A stretch of 64,000 nt of DNA from Botryllus schlosseri. Its lineage: Eukaryota. The DNA is taken from assembly GCA_051294905.1 (NCBI GenBank), contig CM119371.1, positions 33,358,001 through 33,422,000 on the forward strand, in the 5' to 3' direction. The position numbers and the translations under genes were made by a program. Shown here piece by piece: positions 12,447-24,657 of the stretch. Position 1 is the first letter of the stretch. The number at the start of each line of letters is the position of its first letter. Under the pieces are notes generated by a model. The model was not told where the DNA came from. It did no database searches and worked only from the letters and a program-made list of their open reading frames with translations.

Positions 12447-13686
12447 CCTTAAACGGTGACTTGGACTCGGACTCGAGTCTGTGATGAATTGAAAATGACT
12501 CGACTCGAGTCAATACCACAAAAGTATGATTGACCCGTGACTCGGAACCATGTGACTTGGTTACAACCCTGCTTGGTCGGTAGAGTCTCGATTCATATGA
12601 CTCGGTTCGAGTCATGAACCGTATTTTGAGAAAATGACCCGAGTCGAGTCATCAGAAAGTTGTGACTGGAGTCGGATTCGAGTCATTATAGAACCCTTGT
12701 ATGAACCCGTGCTCGATGGTTGTTATAGCAACCAGGGTTGAAATGACTCGAGTAAAGACTCGACTGGAGTCGAGTCATGTTTTCAAAATACGGAAATGAC
12801 TCGACTCGAGTCAATCTGTGTATTGACTCCACTTGGACTTCATTTCGCATGACTCGAGCCAAGTCATATGACTTGGGAATCAGACGACCAAGACCGACAT
12901 TTCATTGTAATTTCGAAGAATAGTAAAGTCACCGCACTATTGGGATTTCATCTATTGGTACTGGTACTTGAAAATGCGACCAAAAACTGTTCGAAGTGTG
13001 AAAAGTTAGTATGTTATAAATGCGAACCGGAATCGCCTATGCGTAACAAAAACAAATTTCTTTAGTGAGGAACACTGACTCCCAAGTTTTATTTCTTTGT
13101 GGAGCTCATCATTTTCTTCTGCTGTTCGCATATGTACTGTGAAGCTAAAATTGATCGAATGAAGTCTTATTGAATCACGCAGGGCGCGAAGAAAATTTCG
13201 AGATTACTGAATCTCTTAAAGAATTTAGGAGTAAAATCGTGAAGCCCATTTGCAGGTCCACTGCCGTCAACACATAGTAATTGAATCACATGTCAACGGC
13301 CGTATAAATTTACTTCTACGGACGCAGGTTGGCCACCCCTTGCAATATAGGGATAGCATATTTTGAGACCCAAAATCAGGCACTCATTACAAATTCGAAA
13401 TTTATTATATTGGACGCGAATACGGGTAATTTGAAAACCTATATAGGAAATCCTGTTATGTTGCCCTAAAAAAGTTATGTTGACATCTCCACTCCTGCAA
13501 AACCATCGAAGTAGCTCGCAACTCGTAAGTTTAAACAAACTTCGCTAAGTTGCGACCGTACGAGTTCATGACCTTCAGCAGTAGAATAAATGCAAAGTCG
13601 TATTTCTTTGTAGCTGCATAGTCGTAACGGTAATTTGGATGAAATTTTATTGTTATTGACGGCTTACCAGCAAAAAGGTTGAGAGA

Positions 13687-13718
<32 letters not shown>

Positions 13719-14029
13719 ACCATAGCCATAGATGTCAATAGTTTCTCAGTGCTTAGTGCTCAGAATTTCACATCCCTTGGTGGATTTGAGGGGATTTCGG
13801 TATTCTGGCATAGTCAATATTTGGACTTACGGAATCAGTGCGTCGATAGCATTTGATTGATGCTAGTTATTATAAATTATCAGCTGTCCATGATGAATTA
13901 CATTATCGAGGTGAGGCACGACTGGCAATTATCTTATACTTGTCCAGACGACAGGTGAGGTATTGCCTCACTCCCCTTCCTGACTGCACGTCACTGAAAT
14001 GATCCCTCCGCAGTACCATGCTTATTGCT

Positions 14030-15826
14030 TAGGGCCGTAACAGTACGTCGTCAGCCCCCCTCAAAACGGTGGTTTCGGGCCCCCATACGATGATATACCG
14101 AACTGCTGGGGTGCTTCTCCCCCCAGACCCCTCAGGCTGCACGCTGTTTACCGCTACTTGTAATCTACATTGGAGGCCGTTTACTGAAGCAGCATTTCTG
14201 GCGTTAATGCGCGAAGCGCGAAAGATTTCTATTATTCATGAATGAATCGGTCAATAAGATCGGGAGTTGCATGTATATTGTTATTGCAATCAATTTCTTG
14301 TCCTCTCTGCTCACGTAATCAGATTTACCGGTAGAGCTGACTGAGGTGTCTTGGATAGGCTACTGTATGGCCCGTTGGTATGACTCCGTAGCATGATGTT
14401 ATTTCATGACCTCCTGTCTGCTATATCAACAAAAAAAAGAATCGCCCAAACGTAGGCTATTAAACTAAAAGACGCACACGATTTTAAATTGGTATTTCTT
14501 CACTGGCATATAATTTTTCCCTGCGTGATGGTATATGTCTTGTGAGGTTCAGATTGCCGAGACAAGAACATTCGGCAGCCGTCATTTAGGCGCCTATGGA
14601 CAATTAAACCTGTATGTGCATATGTGCATATAACGAAGTTTTCGGTCAGCACAAGGGCAGTCCTTTTCGGCCAAGGTTTTCTCGCTGCCGATCGTTCTGG
14701 CACACTTCTTGGAGTCGCATGTTACATGGCTTAAAACACTGGTTCTCAATTTTTTGTCTTCGCGGACCCCTTTTGGACCACCACGGACCCCGCAGACCCC
14801 CTCAAGTTTTCGTTCAAAATTAGCTCGATTATCGCGCAACCGCCATCTGTCTCGTGCAGATACTGATTGTAGGCTATTGATAAACAGCAACAAAATGGCT
14901 TTTCTTGAAAATAGCATCACAGTATATGTAAAAAATGGGTAGACTTTTATTATATAGTAACGAATTTTGCAGCTGTATTTATTGTCTTGAAAATCCGTCA
15001 CTTCGATTGGATACGAACGAGTGCCAAAAATCCATTTTCACACATATATATTGGTGGCGAATGTAATATTAACGCGTAACGCTTTCGACGACAGATTTTT
15101 GTTGTGAGTTTTTAATAAAAAGTTCACGTCCAGCCTAGTCGTTTCTATCTATGATCTCACCTTGAAGTTATTTAGTGGTTATATCACAGGAGTAAATGGA
15201 TTTCTTGGAGAGGTTTCAATTCCTTCATTGGGACAGATTAGGAAAAAAATAAGGAATTTATATTTAAACGACTGTTTGATAATTTGCTGAGACTGACAAC
15301 TCCAAATCAAAAGTGCTACCTCTAACATTTCATTTTTCCACAGACCCCAACAAAACATCTCTAAACAGTAGGATGTGTCATCTCAGACGACCATTTTAAT
15401 GATGTGAGTCCTAAAGTTTGAGCAATTATGAAGCGAACCCGTCATGCCTTTCCCAATTAAAAAAAGGTTATCAATCACGTTACAAATTTAGAGGTTTCGC
15501 GGACCCCTGAAAATGCTTCGCGGACCCCCGGTTGAGAACCACTGACCTAAAATTTTATATGTGTTGGTGCATCGTGGCGCGGTAATGGCCAACGCCGAAA
15601 TGCCCATTTTTATAAATCTTGCGTGTTTTTTCTTTAGGGAAGGTAACCAAAAATCAAGATATTTGGCAACTTAAAATCGCGCCCAGCGCAAAATGTTTTT
15701 GAAATAGTTTCATAAATATTTTAAAAAAACTCTATAATTTATGCTAATTCACTAAATAATTTTGGGCCCCTGTCGAGCTCGCACCCTCCAAATTGGGGGG
15801 TTTGGAGTGCGACAGTTAAGGTCCTG
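14030..15826. mobile_element. Non-autonomous hAT-like element (TIR ~CAGGGCCGTAAC)
   Basis: tagggccgtaac...gttaaggtcctg. Absent from the paralogue at ~6040-6055. Relatives at 11369-12260, 26573-26937 and 56517-57060. TSD unclear. Confidence 0.6.
14737..15544. mobile_element. Charlie-like MITE nested in the 14030 element (copy at 42658-43467)
   Basis: TIR cactggttctcaa/ttgagaaccactg. TSD gcttaaaa/acctaaaa. CGCGGACCCC subterminal repeats. Empty-site analogue at ~26879. Confidence 0.8.
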
Positions 15827-16317
15827 CTTATATAATAATGGATATTAATATTAATAATTAATAATGCATATATATTAATGCATAGGGCATATACCGTAAG
15901 TCAATCCACACTAGTTTCAATGTGGAACAGACGGTTTGGCAAACGGGTCCACGAAAAGTATTTTGTCTTTGAAACCGCTCCGCAGAGCTAAAATGGTTGC
16001 CGACCCCTTCCTTAATACACACTTTATAGGGTTGTGTTCTGTGCATCCTTCAACTATTTGAAATCTTTTTATATCTGAAAACTCCTCAAAATATCAATGA
16101 CTTTAGACAGACACACATTGAGCAAGCACGTGCATTGCAGTTTTGCACCAAAGCCACCCATGGTATGTATAATTTTGCTATGTCTTAAATTGGAACTTCT
16201 ATGAGTACGTTTCTGTGACTTCATTCTACGCTCAGCTCAGATAAGTGTTCTTGAGATGGTCTATCCACAATGTCTGAATCTCAAAAACTTCAGATATTCA
16301 ATACTAAACCAGCTAAT

Positions 16318-16964
16318 CAGTGGTTCCCAACCGGGGGGGGGGGTTGATATTATTAGGGGGGAATCTGACTTTGGCGTAGTATCGGAAGATACACTGGGTT
16401 CACATGGTTTATAGATTATTGTAGTATTGAACTGTAGAAATTATTTCTTTACAATTGTACCTTTCTTTGGCCGATTTTAAGCTAGGTGGCGGATTTCACT
16501 GTCTTCCGTAGATAATACACCCCCTGATAAAGTGAGGCTCTCGAGACGTTCTCGTTGGGCCCGCGACAGCTTCTCGACCAAATTGCTACTAAGCAGAAAA
16601 AGGCCAAGCCGAATTCAACACAAGGCCGCTGGTGAAATTGTTTAACTTTTTAGCCAACATATGAGCTAACGTGAACATAATAAGCCATAGCAACCGGACT
16701 TGGTGATTTATTTTTCGTCACCGGCTACCCGACCGGTAAAAAAAACAGGTCAAATTTAACTGTACTTTACCGAAGTGTAGTACGGTCCCCAATCGACAGG
16801 AATCGGACATAACTGAATATGTTTGGTCATTAATTGCTCAGTCAACAAGTGGCTGGGCGTTAAAAAGCACCTTTTTTAGTCACAGGCAAATTTTTCATAG
16901 GGGGGAATTTTTGCTTAAATATCGGCCATTGGGGCCACGAGACGAAAAAGGTTGGGAACCACTG
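16318..16964. mobile_element. Charlie-like MITE (copy at 44241-44889)
   Basis: TIR CAGTGGTTCCCAACC. agctaa duplicated on both sides. Empty site in the inverted paralogue at ~5600. Confidence 0.85.
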
Positions 16965-17339
16965 AGCTAACAGAATACATATCTGTAAAAGTATCAGTAA
17001 TAATCACCCACGTTACAAGAACTGCAGCAGAGACTTTATTAAGCGTCTAACCGTCGAAGCGGCTAGATGCGAAAGACACAGGAACAACACAAGACATCAC
17101 TACTATAACCGGGAGCGGTATAGAGCACGGCTGCCACATATCGACTGCAATTGTACATGTGAATATCCCTATGCATTTTATGAAATGTCCATGAATTTAC
17201 GTCAGGAAATATTGGAGAATAAAATCGAATAATTGGACGGAGATGAAAAAAAACGTTTTTCAGATACTTGAATGTAATACATGTTAATGACTTCACCCCT
17301 GGAGTAACCCTTCGCAGTATATGCTGTCCCCCATGCATT

Positions 17340-18608
17340 TCATCCATGATTGTTGCTGCCAGTATGCACATTCATATGTCGCTGGAGGTTATTCTTCTGA
17401 GTAAACGCTCTCCCACATAAATCACATTTATGATTTTTGATGCCACCATGTATATACATATGAAGCTTGAGGAGACCCTTCTGAGAAAATGCTTTACCAC
17501 AAACATCACATTCATGTTTTTTGACACCAGCATGCATATCCATATGTTTCCTGAGATTATTTTTTTGAGTAAATGCCTTCCCACATACATCACACCCATG
17601 ATTTTTGATGCCAGTATGCACATTCATATGTCGCTGGAGGTTATTCTTCTGAGTAAACGCTCTCCCACATAAATCACATTTATGATTTTTGATGCCACCA
17701 TGTATATACATATGAAGCTTGAGGAGACCCTTCCGAGTAAATGCTTTCCCACATACATCACATCCATGGTCTTTGATGCCAGTATGGATATTCATATGTT
17801 GCCTGAGTGCATGTTTATAAGTAAATGCCTTTCCACATATATCACATTTATGTTTTTTGATGCCAGCGTGCATCTTCATATGAACCCCGAGGCTCTTCAT
17901 CTGGGCTAATGTCTTCCCACATACATCACATTTAATACCTTTTCTGCCAATATCCGTTTTCATATGACAATTGCGATCAATCTTCCTAATGAATGCTTTC
18001 CCACATATCTCACATTGATGTTTTTTGACGTCATCATGAGTATTCATATGAAGTTTAAGGCAACGGTTACTAGTAAATGCTTTATCACATACATCACATT
18101 TACGATTTTTGATGCCGGAATGCATCGCCATATGACTATTGACGTCATTCTTCCTCAAAAATGGTTTACCACAAACATCACATTCATGATTTTTGACACC
18201 AGCATGCATATCCATATGATGGTTGAGGTGGGCCTTCTGAGTAAATGCTCTCCCACATACATCACATTCATGTCTTTTGACGTCAGCGTGCATATCCATA
18301 TGAGACTTGAGGTAGCTCTTCAGATGAAACGATTTCCCACATATAGCACATTCAAGACTTTTGATACCAACATGCATATTCATATGTCGCTTGAGGTCAC
18401 CCTTCATAGTAAATGTTCTCCCACATACATCACATATATGAGTTTTGGTGTAGACGTTTCGAGAGAATTCTTTTTTGGCAACATCGCATGGACGATCTTT
18501 CAAGTCGTGATGAATAGATAATTTTTCTGACTCCATGTCGCTCTTTATATGGAAATGACAATGGTGTTTATTTCTTACAGTGGTAATAATATCTGTTTTC
18601 AAGTTCAA
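17340..18608 (-). CDS. Tandem C2H2 zinc-finger protein, 13 fingers (finger 6 has lost its last His)
   Basis: Intact 422-codon frame. The track start is a TTG; the first ATG is at 18536. Possible splice acceptor cag|ATATTAT at 18593/18592, shared with gene 1 (430/431). Confidence 0.92.
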   Translation of the reverse strand: MNLKTDIITTVRNKHHCHFHIKSDMESEKLSIHHDLKDRPCDVAKKEFSRNVYTKTHICDVCGRTFTMKGDLKRHMNMHVGIKSLECAICGKSFHLKSYLKSHMDMHADVKRHECDVCGRAFTQKAHLNHHMDMHAGVKNHECDVCGKPFLRKNDVNSHMAMHSGIKNRKCDVCDKAFTSNRCLKLHMNTHDDVKKHQCEICGKAFIRKIDRNCHMKTDIGRKGIKCDVCGKTLAQMKSLGVHMKMHAGIKKHKCDICGKAFTYKHALRQHMNIHTGIKDHGCDVCGKAFTRKGLLKLHMYIHGGIKNHKCDLCGRAFTQKNNLQRHMNVHTGIKNHGCDVCGKAFTQKNNLRKHMDMHAGVKKHECDVCGKAFSQKGLLKLHMYIHGGIKNHKCDLCGRAFTQKNNLQRHMNVHTGSNNHG

Positions 18609-19175
18609 AGTGGTTATTACATATTTTCCACAATTTCTTCAGTGTATATACCGGTAAGTAGTTCTATGACGGCATGGCACGGTCTGATAATTATGAAACT
18701 ATGAAAGTGTCGAACTGTTGACGTTTTTCGACGTTAAAAAACCTAATTTTGAAAAAATGTTGCCCTAATGTATATAAATTATGAGTTTTCACGCATAATG
18801 CTAGAATTGTACTACTCATCTTCATTTCTGGCTGGAACTGTCTGTCCTCACATCACGAAGTATGGTACAAATACAATTAAAATGTATTGTAGTACAACGG
18901 AAGATACTTTCCTACATTCTCGGGTAGAAAGTGTCTGTCCTTTGTAAGTAGCTTGCCAAGAGTGGAGAAAAAACGTTAAACAGCAGCAGTTGTGCGTACA
19001 CTGCTGGTGAAAATCCGTGTTGCTTCAATGTTGTCTACATCAGTGGTTCTCAACCTCCCCTCCCGCGGACCGGCAAAATTTCAAAAGATATGTGGCGGAC
19101 CGGTGAACCTTGAAAATTGAAATCAACCCCAAATGTAATGTATGCAGCTGTTTTCCTGCAAGTATGGTACTGGAG

Positions 19176-21513
19176 CAGGCGTGGTCAACCTTTTTGCTAT
19201 TCACGGCCACATTTCGATCACTTATACGGCCTACGGCCGCATACCAGGACACACAGTCGTGATGAACTACCTAGACGCGAAATACCCATGTCCATTACTG
19301 GTGAACTCCGGACTAATCGACTTTATGATATCGTCTTACCCTACGCGGGGAAATCACTATATAGTGCCCACGTTATGAATAGTTACTATAGGAACAATGA
19401 TCTTGGCGCGCAACGTGAAAATTCTATTCTATTCTCCAACGAATTTCATCATTAACACTGGTCGTCTCTCGTATTACTATTTATCCTTTCTCAGCCAATG
19501 CGATCAGATTCATCGGTAGAGTTGATGTAGGGAGTGTTTTCGAAAATTTTGGCAATTTATGAATGTTGATGAATCTTCGGGTGGGCCGATTGTTACTGTA
19601 GTCACTTTGTTGCGTGTTGTTATTCCTTGACCTCCCATCAGGATTGTCGGTATAGTGGAAAGAGATTGGAATCTACCAAACGTACCAGAAACAAATTTCT
19701 TTCGCGAGGAGCGTAGACCTATAGTTCCTAGATGGTGTTTCTATATCGCAGTGGTCGGGAACCTATGGCTCTTTTGGTCTAAGATATGGCTCTTTGGGAA
19801 ATTTTTAATTTTTTGCCTAATTTATCAATATTGCAGCAACTTGTTAGTAAATTTTCATGACGGCCAGAATATTATTCTCGTGGCAGCATAAGAACGTATT
19901 TGATAGGTCAAGACAGTGCGGGATATCCACTATCCAAGGTTAGGGGCTCGTACCGCCCTCTTTTCAAAATCCCCAAATATAAGTTGCTGTCACGCCGGCG
20001 ACTAACACCACTCGCGAGTTCGATCAACCTGCCATCGCGAGCTTCGAAATCTTGGATTGCACGATACCTTGGTAGATTAAAGAGAATAGCAGACGTGGCC
20101 ACGCTTGTAGAACAATGCAGTTTTCAAATACACGTTGTCTTCCTGATCCACGCCGACAAATGAATTGCCTTGGAAGTGACATTCATAATTACAAATTCAA
20201 CTTAAAAACAACGCAATAGCTATCCATGTTCTTGACGTATGTGGCCAGAAAAATATGGCGCATATTACGAATCCCACATATTAGTGCAGGGGTGGCCAAC
20301 CTGCAGCCGTAGCAGGGAATTTGTGCGGCCGTCGATACGTAATTCAATTAGTATGTGTTGGCGGCCGTCGACATGCAAAATGAAATTACGAATTCACTCT
20401 CGAATTTTTGAGAGATTTCAATGAATCTTGAAATTTTCTTTGCGCTAGACGCGATTCAATGCGACTTCTTTTCTCGATTTTAATATAGTAGGACACTTTT
20501 CAATCTGTGCCGGATTCGAAATTGTGTGCTCCTCACGAAAATAAATTGTTTATGGTACATTTGGGCGATTCCAATATGTTTCCACTATACCGACAATCCT
20601 GATGAGGGGCCAAGAAATAACAGCATGCAACAAAGTTACTAATAGCAATTTGCCCACCGAAGATGCATTATCATTTTTATCTTAGCCTAAATTTTCAAAA
20701 GCATTCCTTCCCTCTATCAACTCTACCAGTGAATCTGATCACATGGGCTGAGAAAGTATAAATATTTGATAGCATTATGTGATACTGCTACTATTAATGA
20801 CGGAATCGATCGGTGATCTGAAAAGTTTTCATGCTTTGCGCGACTATATCCAAACCCAGTGACTATCCATAACATTACCACTCACGATTGCGGTGCGTAT
20901 AACAGGTCGATATGAAAAGTAGAATAGTGCGAAGTTCAACAGAAATAAACATGGACAGTTTAAGATAGGCATTTTGCGTCCAGTTAGTTCATTGCGGATA
21001 TGCCCTGGAATGCGGCCGTAGGCTACATATGTAATCGAAATGCGCCCGTGATTAGCAAAAAGGTTGCCCACCTCCATAGTAGTTCTACTATCGACTATGT
21101 CATACTCTAAAGTGCTACCAATATGTCACGGATTTTCAATTGTGACGTAACAGTTGATTGACATGTATGGCTCTTTGGGAGTTACAATTGAAAATATTGG
21201 GCCAATATGGCTCTTCGGTAGAAAAAGGTTCCTGACCCCTGCTATATGGGGTGCATCATTTTTTTCGGTTGTTCGCATCTGTACTGTGAGGCCCAGATTG
21301 CAAAGGGCGCTACGACAATATAATAATCGAAAAATGAAGTCGCATTGAATCACGCCTAACGCGAAGAAAGTTTCAAGTTTAATTGAAATATCTCCAAAAG
21401 TAGGCAGTCAACTCGCAAATTAAATTTTCATGTCGACGGCGGCCAACACATACTAATCGAATTACGTGTCCACGGTCGCACAAATTTCCTTCTGCGGCCG
21501 CAGGTTGGTCCTG
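19176..21513. mobile_element. Three-level nest of hAT MITEs (copy at 47101-49438)
   Basis: Outer element TSD tactggag/tactaaag. Middle element 19749-21241, TSD ctatatcg/ctatatgg. Inner 20287-~21076 is an inverted copy of the outer family. Confidence 0.75.
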
Positions 21514-22059
21514 TACTAAAGAGTGACATTCTTTTCGTAATTAATGCATCTCTGGCTTGCACAATCGCCTCTGCATTGGCTTGGTGCTCCCGATATTGAC
21601 TCTGGCCTACATAATCGCATCTGCAATAGTCCTGGTACAAAAGAGATAATCGCTGGCCTAACCATCGCGTCTGCGGGTCCAGCAATGCGTTGGCTCCCAT
21701 CCCTCCGAGGGCTTGGTTGACAATATGCCGTTAAGTGTATTCTGATAAGTGATTGTGAGTAAAGAGCGACATCGCGAAACTGAATGACATCGAATGTTCG
21801 GAAACATGTGTGATTGTTTGTGCGTGCAAGCGTAATTGATTTCCACTAATAGGCCTACTTAATTCGAAAAGAATTGAAACCCAGTCATTTTATTTCAAAC
21901 ACTGCCATCTTATTTTTCGGCTTGCTACGCACCTGATCACGTGAATTTATCAAGGAGGGATTTGAGAGAGATATCACGCCTTCCTCAATTCCGATATAGG
22001 ACAGTATGATTCCAGTATCAGCTACCCGTCCTTCCAGTACTCCGAACCTATACAGACGA

Positions 22060-22278
22060 ATGGTTCAAAAGGAATGCGAAGTGTTTGAAGCTTCCGGGAA
22101 ACGACTTGCCAACCTTTAGTCTCGCTACGAAGTGCTGATTACTATTAGGTTCACTTCTGTGGAGGCGGAAAGAGCATTCAATGCATGCGGACTCTATGTT
22201 ACAAAACTCCAGTGCCGGCTACAGGATGCCACGATTGATGCAATGTGCGTCATAAGGAGGCCGTTGCTGAAGCAGTGA
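22060..22278 (+). pseudogene. Second, distinct hAT transposase C-terminal relic (copy at 49985-50203)
   Basis: MVQKECEVFEASGKRLANL*SRYEVLITIRFTSVEAERAFNACGLYVTKLQCRLQDATIDAMCVIRRPLLKQ*, with a TSVEAERAF motif. TIR-like ...caacccta end at ~22506. Confidence 0.8.
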
Positions 22279-22539
22279 ACATTATATTTGCGTGATTTTT
22301 CTCCTATTCATTTGTACTGCGCGCGTATACATAAATCAATAATAACACTGTGTTATGATTTTGCAATCCATTTTTCATGCACATCTCGTGAAATCGATTG
22401 TCTCACTTAGCAGTTATTATCCGGTTAACCCGTTAGATAAATTCCAAATATACGGATATATCCGTTATCCCGATCATAAAAATTATTGTTTTCCGAACCA
22501 ACCCTAGTACAGGCCAAAGAAAACGGTCATATTTCAGGA

Positions 22540-23520
22540 AATAGACGATCCAAGTTTTGTATGTTAGCAGACTGACGAAGTTAAATATAAATCTTCGAGT
22601 CAATTTCATGGTCAAAATACTGGCACACTCTGAGTTTTTTACAGTTAGCAACAACTGATGTTGACATGACTAGAGTCATGGCTTCAATATAGAAACGTTT
22701 TCGGAAATACCTCAATTAAGTAGCTGCACTAAAATGAGTTGACCTGATTCGAATGTCGACGTATGCATATTTCTGAATGAGTCACGACTTGGGTGCAAAT
22801 AGTCGAGTCATCTTTCAAGTCATCAGCTATAATGCTTCGAAAAACCTCACGATCAGCAGGCCTACTAAAATCCTTTATTCCCTGGATTCGATTTCCGTTT
22901 ACGGTTTGGACGTGGTAAGTTGGATCAGCATGCCGTGACAACACGGATAAAGGAAGCGATATTGGGATGCCATGAATGGCCTTAATAATAGTAGTGACGA
23001 GCATTATAATATCAATAAACCCATGAACAAATATATTCAATCAGTTTGAAAAGAATTGAAGCAATTTCGAAGAAATCTGATAACAATTTGCAATAATTTT
23101 TTATTTCTACATGAATAATTTGTCTACTCTGCCTTCATAGTACTAAGTTTGCAGCCATCCTGCAATTAATGATACTTTCATGGAATTGTGTTCCCAGACA
23201 GCTTTGAATAAAGCATACTTGTTAGGAGCATTCTCATCTCATTACACATATAGAAGACCGATTAATTCGTACAGTGAGCGATGTGTAGTATTATCCCGAA
23301 AGAAGCCAGGTTACAACTAATTACACGCAAGTATAAAAATAATTGAACAAAGTCCGAGGAACCAGAACACTTTCAAAATGAGTCACCCTGGCGCACTTAT
23401 GGTTCGTTACCAAGGTACCAGAATAAGAATGGTATAGAAGAGAACGAATGCCAGCCTGACATAGTCTGTAGCCTACAATATATGCAACAGTTTATCAAGG
23501 TCTCACTAATCCCTTAAGTT
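22540..23520 (-). pseudogene. Decayed membrane-protein (7TM-like) relic (copy ~50465-51420)
   Basis: Paralogous to 28240-29170. Hydrophobic DYVRLAFVLFYTILILV followed, after a frameshift, by LGN. Boundaries approximate. Confidence 0.35.
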
Positions 23521-24657
23521 ACATGGGAATCATCATTGTTAACAAATACGAGATCAGTATGAATCGTATATTATATTCGAGTAAGTATCATAGTCAAAAT
23601 ACTGGTATACTCGGAACTTTTTGACCAGGGACAACTGATATTACAATATTGTCGATATAAAATGTTCTTTTAAATTATGCACTAGTTGCTGGCTATTACT
23701 CCTGACGAGTGTCAACCGAATATATTCAGGTTAATATCACAATAAATATACTAGTCAGTTGTTTATTATAGGTTTATGATAATTTTGTAGTATAACAGCA
23801 GACAAAATATGCATGTTGCGTCGTGCGTATCGCGGTGCAATCAGTGCTCCTCGATGCCATAGACCAGTGGTCCCCAACCTTTTTCGACTCATCGCCCTCT
23901 TATAAAGCTCGAAAAATTTTCATCGCCCCCCTAGAAGGTGACCCAAATTTGAGATCTATTGAGGTCTCGTGACCACCGTTCCCTCTAAGCTGCGCCCGTG
24001 CGCAATTGCGCAGTGCTGACACGGAAAATTTAATCTGCGCAGGAAAAAGCCGAAGGGATGACCTTTTTTAGTTAGCACCACAAAATTAACGAGAAAAGTT
24101 GTAATTCGGCAGTCCGATCAAAGTGATGACCATTTTTTATTTGTTGCGCACTGCTGACCAACGGACCGCGCAGTTAGTCGGTGAATGCGCACAGACAGAG
24201 TTTTGCCAAAACCCCAAACGTTCAACGATAAGTTAGATGGCCATTACTGTACTATTCGGTGTCATAACAACTTATACTGTCCTCCACAAATCTAACCGCA
24301 CAGGGTTATTAACGTTTTGGAAATCGTTGGAGTTACTAGTATGCTAAAAAATAAGGCTACTTCGAGAAGCAATGCTGTTGTGTTACGTCTATAAAGTATA
24401 GACCAGGGGTCGCCAACTCAAAATGGGTCGCGGGCCGCATGACTTCAATATCGAGAATAACATAGCCAACGCAGCTCAACAACTACGTGCTCTCTGCTGT
24501 GCTCTCTTACATGGGCGATGGACATAGTCACCACAAAATAAATGATATTTTATTGAACAAACACAAATACAATAAAAAATATCATGCTCATCAATTTCAT
24601 TATATTTTGAACTATTAGCTGCACACGATACCAGACAACACTATGTAGCAACTAAAA

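Larger units (their letters stand above)
8983..12571 (+). mobile_element. Internally deleted hAT element (TIR CAGGGTTGTAA, GACTCGAGTC subterminal arrays) carrying a nested insertion
   Basis: TIRs cagggttgtaa...ttacaaccctg. Transposase relic inside. Right flank cttggtcg but left flank cgtatgtg (mismatched TSD). Confidence 0.9.

Noticed and set aside
9054..16046. Numerous 60-135 aa ORFs repeated identically in both duplicates
   Set aside because: Identity reflects recent duplication, not selection; they lie in MITEs and often start at non-ATG codons.
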